Part shown: piece after piece, positions 8,537 to 13,605 of the stretch
How positions within the stretch are numbered: the first letter of the stretch is position 1
How the letters are laid out: each line of letters opens with the position of its first letter
Assembly (NCBI GenBank): GCA_965233585.1
Contig: CBDDTI010000252.1
Location: 1 to 13,605, forward strand
Length of the DNA stretch: 13,605 nucleotides
Source of the DNA: a bacterium
GTDB taxonomy: Bacteria > SAR324 > NAC60-12
Direction: 5' to 3'
Notes under the pieces: generated by a model
Databases searched by the model: none
Told to the model about the DNA's origin: nothing
Seen by the model: only the letters and a program-made list of their open reading frames with translations
Made by a program: the position numbers and the translations under genes

Positions 8537-8954
8537 CTACCGAAACAGGTAGACTGTTTTTTCGGAGACGCGCAAAACAGTTGCTGCTGTTGCGAAACGT
8601 ATTTCACGTGGTCTAGAACCGACGCCAAAAAGATAACCGCACGCGATTACATTCCTTCACGTTCGTGAGGCAAGTCAGAAATCACATGGAGATGGCGAGC
8701 TTTACCGTAAGAAAAATGGAAGGTTTTTTATTCGTGGAAAAGCATGGACGATAACCTTTATCCTTATGTTGTTGAATTAACAACGAAAGCCAAAGATCGA
8801 CGACCTGAAAAGAAGCGTACAGGAAAAACTGAGCACAGTGCAAAGGAATGTGCTCACGTGCGTTTTGGCACATGACACCGACAAAAATATTCTCCTTCCT
8901 CCCCAAGGGCATCTGTTTCGTGCGTATCGGAAAAAAGTCTACCTGTTTCGGTAG
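8537..8954. mobile_element. MITE (418 bp) with 19-bp perfect TIRs and TA TSD
   Basis: CTACCGAAACAGGTAGACT (8537-8555) and AGTCTACCTGTTTCGGTAG (8936-8954); TA at 8535-8536 and 8955-8956. A TA TSD is typical of Tc1/mariner, but the superfamily is not proven. Confidence 0.9.
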
Positions 8955-9592
8955 TAGTCCTCAAAATTTTAGGAACTAAGATAATTTAAGGCCCTTTTTG
9001 ATGGAATGTGCCATTGTAATCCTGGAAGCATTGGGATATCCGAGGGTATGTCAATCTACAATTTTAGCCCCCTTTTGTGGCCTAAATACCAAAAATGCCA
9101 AATCTGTCCAAGACTAACATGAACCAAAAACTTCGTTCTTTATACCACTGATCAATTTTTCATATATATCCGATTCTAGACGAAGACTAGCTCTTGGCTG
9201 CTATACCCTGCTCTTAACTTAACTCCTTGAAAACCCTAACTGGCAGTGGCATGTACTGCATTCTCAATATATCGCGGGGTTACACCTCTCCATGGGTCAT
9301 AATTGAGGAAAAAAATGAGAAGCTATGTGGAGAAAGGAAAAATGTAATCATAGTTTTTCTGTTTTTATTGTACAAGATTCCCACATTGTGAAGCAAAATA
9401 ACAAAATAACATTTTTGAGCGATTTATTGACTGCCCATGGTTAGCGTAAATGTCAGCCCTCTTTTCTCGACTCTATTTTCCGAACGCTTTGCAGAACAGC
9501 AACAATCACGAATAAAAGGGAATTGTGCGTGCAAGTTCATTACCGCGTTCCACCTCTAGATTAATAATCAGCATCCACAAGTTAGTCCATTA

Positions 9593-9798
9593 ATTCTCGT
9601 CGGCGAGTTCACGATTCTTCTGGTCTGCATCAGGAATCGAGACATTTGGTTGCTTCCGCTATTCATGGACTCATTATCAAACCTCGCAAACCTGATTGGC
9701 TGAAAAATACAGAGTGAGTAACCAATGCATACTCAGAAATTGAGACCACCTAGAGGTTTCAATCGCTGGAACAGATCAGAAGAATCGCGGGCTCTGGG
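9593..9798. mobile_element. Degenerate MITE
   Basis: GAGTTCACGATTCTTCTGGTCTG (9605-9627) versus the reverse complement of 9772-9794, GAGCCCGCGATTCTTCTGATCTG: 19/23 match. Termini are eroded and no TSD is readable. Confidence 0.65.
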
Positions 9799-10399
9799 TG
9801 TTTCATGAACACAATTATTTCCTGGTCTATTTTCATGGACACTAGATTAAGTAATTAAGTTACTTGTAAAAGCCGGCTTTCAATTTAGATATTTTAGATT
9901 CGAAGACTGATACGTCCATGTTTTGCCGATGTGTCTCACTGTCGCATCTTCTGTTATACTCTGACCTGTTGTATCTGCTACTAACATGTACACCATATAA
10001 CAATCCTACTAAAGATCATCAAAGAAGTTAAGTTCACAGTGTTGTAGTTCTAGTCAAGAGTTTTATTCGTGTGTTTGTGGGTTCTGTTCAGGTTCTCAGA
10101 TGGATTTCTTTCCTTTCTTTAAGTGGAATAATGATGTATTGGTATAAGCTATACCATTCGCGTAACCCTGGTTGAATTGCCTGTTTGATTTTGGATTTGA
10201 ACAAGAATGAAGTTGGCTAAAGTTGTCTCGATTGAGGTTTTGAACTAAGAACAGTTTGTTACATACAACGTGGCGAGCGATTTAGTTACATGTTTCGCGT
10301 TTCGCTATCACGATGGTCTGTAATTTTGGATTATGATGGCAACTATCAAGGAATAGAACTGTAGACTATGGAGGGACAAAATTATAGAAAAAATACATC

Positions 10400-10544
10400 A
10401 AGTCTGCATACGAGCCTGGGTAGAGAAAAGCACTGTAAGAGTTGAGTGTCTTGCACATATCCCTAACCAGGGCTCGAACCCAGACCGCTCGATCCGGAGT
10501 CCAGTCCGGGAGTCCAGTGCAACAACCATAGTCACTGCGTCTCC
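10400..10544 (-). mobile_element. tRNA-derived SINE, internally deleted
   Basis: Minus strand reads GGAGACGCAGTGACTATGGTT (A-box-like)...GGTTCGAGCCC (B box, 10470-10480)...GCAAGACACTCAACTCTTACAGTGC...CCCAGG, joined to the tail CTCGTATGCAGACTT. Matches a recalled cnidarian SINE2 family with the central part missing. Confidence 0.8.
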
Positions 10545-10722
10545 TACTGATAAAGAAAATACAAAGAACAGATTATTGAATTAAAACACAATTTTATTGA
10601 GATACAAAAAACGTAATTTAGAATATACATATATATTTATTCACTTATTTATCTTGCTATCTGTGTATAAAATTTAATTTATCAATTTGTTTTTTCTGTT
10701 TTTTTAAATCACTTTTAGTTAA

Positions 10723-11119
10723 AGAGAACCTCGGCTGCTGGCGCGAGTTGACCCTAAGTTGCTCCAAATGATGTCTAAATTCCAAATTTTACTAGACAAG
10801 GGAAATGTAACATTTAATAATGATACGAAAGGGAAAAAATTTCGGGTTTTAAATTTCCCGCGCGCCGCTATCTTGGATTTCATGACGTCACTGCGTTGTT
10901 CTATTGTTTCAAACAAAAAAACCTCAGCTTTCCAACAATAGAGACAACGCAGTGACGTCATGAAATTCAAGATGGCGACGCGCGGGAATTTAAAACCCGA
11001 AATCTTTTCCGTTTAGTATCATTATTAAATGTTACGTTTCCCTTGTCTAGTAAAATTTGAAATTTAGGCATTACTTGGAGCAACTTAGCGTCAACTCGCG
11101 CCAACAGCCGAGATTCCCT
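10723..11119. mobile_element. Foldback Kolobok-like MITE (397 bp, TTAA TSD)
   Basis: Arms ~10723-10908 and ~10934-11119 are imperfect reverse complements, with AG...CT termini. TTAA lies at 10719-10722 and 11120-11123. The duplicate unit has a single TTAA at the equivalent site (11422-11425). Confidence 0.92.
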
Positions 11120-11201
11120 TTAACGTTTTTACCTTTTCTTTTAGTTGAAAACAGGCAGCCCTCGCTGCCGGCCAGAATGGCTATAGTTAACATGTAGCTG
11201 A

Positions 11202-11277
11202 TTTAAAGAAAAGTAGCAAGGTCGCCACCGTTAAGTTTTGTTGCACGGCACAGTGGTGGCATGATGGAATCTTGCAC
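11202..11277 (-). pseudogene. Degenerate duplicate of the terminal exon
   Basis: Same peptide start CKIPSCHHCAV, but 1 nt shorter than the other copy (frameshift). The acceptor keeps only TTTCAG, and its 3'UTR carries the MITE insertion. Confidence 0.45.
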
Positions 11278-11498
11278 ACTGAAACGCAATTTTATTGGGA
11301 TACAGAAAAGGTAATTTAGAATATACATATATATTTATTCACTTACTTATTTTGTGATCTGTGTACATGTATAACGTTTAATTTATCAATTTGTTTTTTC
11401 TCTTTTTAAAATTACTTTTAGTTAAAGTTTTTTTTTTTTACTTGAAAACAGGTAGCCTTCGCTGCCGACCAGAATGGCTATACAACATGTACAGTGAT

Positions 11499-11575
11499 CT
11501 AAACAAAAGTGGCAAGGTCGCCACCGTGAAGTTTCGCTGCCACCGCACAGTGGTGGCATGAAGGAATCTTGCACA
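11499..11575 (-). CDS. Putative 3'-terminal coding exon of an unidentified minus-strand gene (xCKIPSCHHCAVAAKLHGGDLATFV*)
   Basis: A long pyrimidine tract plus CAG acceptor lies on the minus strand (11576-~11606). In this frame, differences from the second copy are often synonymous (CCT/CCA, GCG/GCC, GCC/GCT, stop TAG/TAA). AATAAA lies at the distal end of the unit (11291-11296, minus). Confidence 0.55.
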
Positions 11576-12031
11576 CTGAAAAAAGAAAGGAAACAAAAAT
11601 GAAAACTTTGATTTTTTTTCAGAATTGTGTCTACTATTCATTTCCGCTGAAACACTAAGTGAGTGACAATAATTTCCAGCTGCGATACTTTAAAAAAGAG
11701 TAGTAGTACTCTGCAATCAGCTAATATTTGAATAATCATTGTATAAAATGCCAAATCATTTTTGAATTATACAGCCATAGCAGGTATGTTTTTACATCAG
11801 CCTCCGGCATATCGTTGGAAATATATCAATCAAAAGCATTGCGCAAGACTTAAGCATTCAGAAAGTCATGATAATAGTCTGTGATTAGTGCATTTCGATG
11901 ATCTTGTTTGTTTAGGACGTCAAAAGATGAAAGTAGCAGTATCGGTTCTAGTGAAGAAAAGAACTAAGCAAACTTTAAGAAAGTAGTAGACTTGGCTGAC
12001 CAAGAAGTTAGAACGGGACGAGCCTTTTGCC

Positions 12032-12190
12032 CAAGCGTGCATTTCTCAAAAGACCCGAAAACTTCTCGGGCCCGAAGACTTTTCGGGGCTCTTTTCGGGT
12101 GAATTTCTCGGGTCCCGGAAAGCATTTCTCAACGCGCCGGAAAACACCCCGGATTCTCACCCGAGTTTTTCGGGTTTTCTCGGGTTTGCA
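12032..12190. repeat. GC-rich repeat fragment with multiple CCCGAA/TTCGGG motifs (probable Harbinger-type MITE remnant)
   Basis: Repeated direct and inverted CCCGA/TCGGG motifs, and GCATTTCTCAA twice. No partner terminus found. Confidence 0.5.
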
Positions 12191-12282
12191 GCGCGAACTT
12201 GACAGTGATTTGTTAAGAAGCTAAATTGACACGGCTGCACTGAGTTGGGTTCTTCACGTACGCTACTAATCAAACCTTCTTT

Positions 12283-13275
12283 TACCCTGCGAGCAGAGTC
12301 TCTTCGATCTTCCTAGATCAGTCGGGAAGAGGAAGAGACTCTGCGAGCGCCTTCGCTATTTCCTATTGAGCATGCTCCAAACTAAAATGTAACCGAGCCT
12401 CGCCGAGCCTCACTCTCAGGACGAAATTTGGAAATTGACAACACTATGCTCCCGCGAGGTTTCCGCGAGCATTTCGATTCACATGGCTTCCACGCCGTGC
12501 AGTTCAATCGAGAATTTGCGCAGTGTTTACAGCTCGCCAAAAACACCGATAAAGAAGTCTTTTTATAAGATAAGATCAAAGGCGAAAGACACGATTTGTC
12601 TTGTTTGGACGATTTCCCTGATTGGCGAATGGTGCACGTTTAATATTGAAAACAGTGGCCTTCGTCAAAAGTTGGAATCTGTTTTGGAGCATGACATCGA
12701 CTTCAAAGCCAGCTCATCCAGGATATGTTGACCTTGCGGCCGCAAGGTCGAAGCCCTTGAACAAAAAATTCCATGTGGTCATGGAACAATTCCAGGAGTT
12801 TCGGGGAAAATTTATGTCGCTTTGTAGGAAGAATTTCACTCACACTGTGAAGCGAATGTCGAAAGCCAGTCCTTCGCCAAAAGCTTACAAAAAATCTCGC
12901 CAGGGCGGGTTGTTTGTATCGACTTCGAAAGACAACTGCGAAGAAGATCTTGCAGAAAGCTTTCAACTCTTGCCCGACGACGACAGTATGGAATGCTGCG
13001 AGTCATCCCAACTAACATTGACAGTACTTTCGGGAGGCAACGAGAAGAAATCCCCTACAGAGAACAAACAATGTATCGTGGGCGCGGAATCATTCAGCAA
13101 TTTGAACTATTGATCATGCGCAGTAAGGTAAAACCGGTTTGACGAGTTGAAAACTTGACTGACTCATCCATTTTCTCGGAAGAGCGGCACTTAAAAGAAT
13201 ATCGAAGGCGCTCGCAGAGTCTCTTCCTCTTCCCGACTGATCTAGGAAGATCGAAGAGACTCTGCTCGCAGGGTA
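12283..13275 (+). mobile_element. Non-autonomous Academ(H)-like DNA transposon (993 bp), 73-bp perfect TIRs, 9-bp TSD
   Basis: 12283-12355 is the reverse complement of 13203-13275 (TACCCTGCGAGCAGAGTCTC...CCTTCG). The direct repeat ACCTTCTTT lies at 12274-12282 and 13276-13284. Confidence 0.93.
12483..13113 (+). pseudogene. Decayed ORF inside the transposon: zf-AD/ZAD-like C4 zinc domain, helical segment and charged tail; probably the N-terminus of the element's protein
   Basis: ATG 12483 MASTPCSS...DTICLVW...LRQKLESVLEHDIDFKASSSRIC*PCGRKVEALEQK. Reading through TGA 12729-12731 (likely CGA>TGA) restores CxxC. Removing one A from the A6 run at 12763-12768 joins the frame FHVVMEQFQEFRGKF...VKRMSKASPSPKAYKKSRQ to the stop at 13113. 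Confidence 0.6.
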
Positions 13276-13605
13276 ACCTTCTTTCGACTCTTTCGTCGAA
13301 TCACAGGCAAACTTTTGGCTCTTCCTTTCATTTGTACAGTTTCAACACCGCTTGCTGTACTTTGATTGATCGTTATTAAGAATGTAAAGAAAGTTTGATG
13401 TAAGTATTAAATGCAGGGGTTTGGAGTATGTCTTTAGCTTGTAATATTTGCGAAGCACGCGCTGAATAGCGTGTTCTCGTTGTTTTGAGGTCTTGAAAAT
13501 TAGGTGGAATATTGGTTTGTAAATGTTCTTTTTCGGCTGAATTCTGCAGTTCTTTACCTCTGTCATTAAGCACTTTATAAGACTTTGTTTTGCTCAGCTG
13601 TTGAA

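Larger units (their letters stand above)
10589..11581 (-). repeat. Tandem duplication of a ~295-bp unit (terminal exon + 3'UTR); copy 10589-11284 is interrupted by a MITE, copy 11287-11581 is intact
   Basis: Both copies start CAATTTTATTG, share GTAATTTAGAATATACATATATATTTATTCACTTA and end GGAATCTTGCACACTGAAA. Confidence 0.92.

Noticed and set aside
8985..9295. Possible highly decayed MITE
   Set aside because: It faintly resembles a recalled repeat family, but no TIR pair or TSD can be shown from the sequence.
10441..10544. tRNA gene
   Set aside because: A B box is present but there is no intact cloverleaf, and it continues into a SINE body.
10719..10970. Mirror ORFs 10719..10970 (-) and 10759..10941 (+)
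   Set aside because: Their shared peptides arise from the foldback symmetry of the MITE.
11438..11641. 67-aa minus-strand ORF
   Set aside because: It reads through a splice-acceptor pyrimidine tract, and the substitution pattern between the duplicates favours another frame.

Overview
AT-rich eukaryotic genomic DNA packed with non-autonomous DNA transposons. The repeat families resemble ones I recall from cnidarian or stony-coral genomes; that is recollection, not a search result. The main coding feature is an intact five-exon + strand gene (5109-7607, 460 aa). It has a charged, low-complexity N-terminal tail built from symmetric phase-1 micro-exons, fused to one long exon encoding three predicted OB folds and a C4 zinc ribbon (RPA70-like ssDNA-binding architecture). 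The gene lies in a 3.7-kb segment (4866-8536) bounded by short imperfect inverted termini, so it may be cargo of a mobile element with no visible transposase. Around it are six TIR elements with readable target-site duplications: TTAA x2 (Kolobok-like), 9 bp x2 (AcademH-like, one with a decayed zinc-finger ORF), TA x1 and an unusual AT x1. There is also a Harbinger-like MITE, a tRNA-derived SINE and several repeat fragments. A tandemly duplicated 3'-terminal exon plus 3'UTR of a minus-strand gene lies at 10589-11581. Most short ORFs in the supplied track are artefacts of these repeats.
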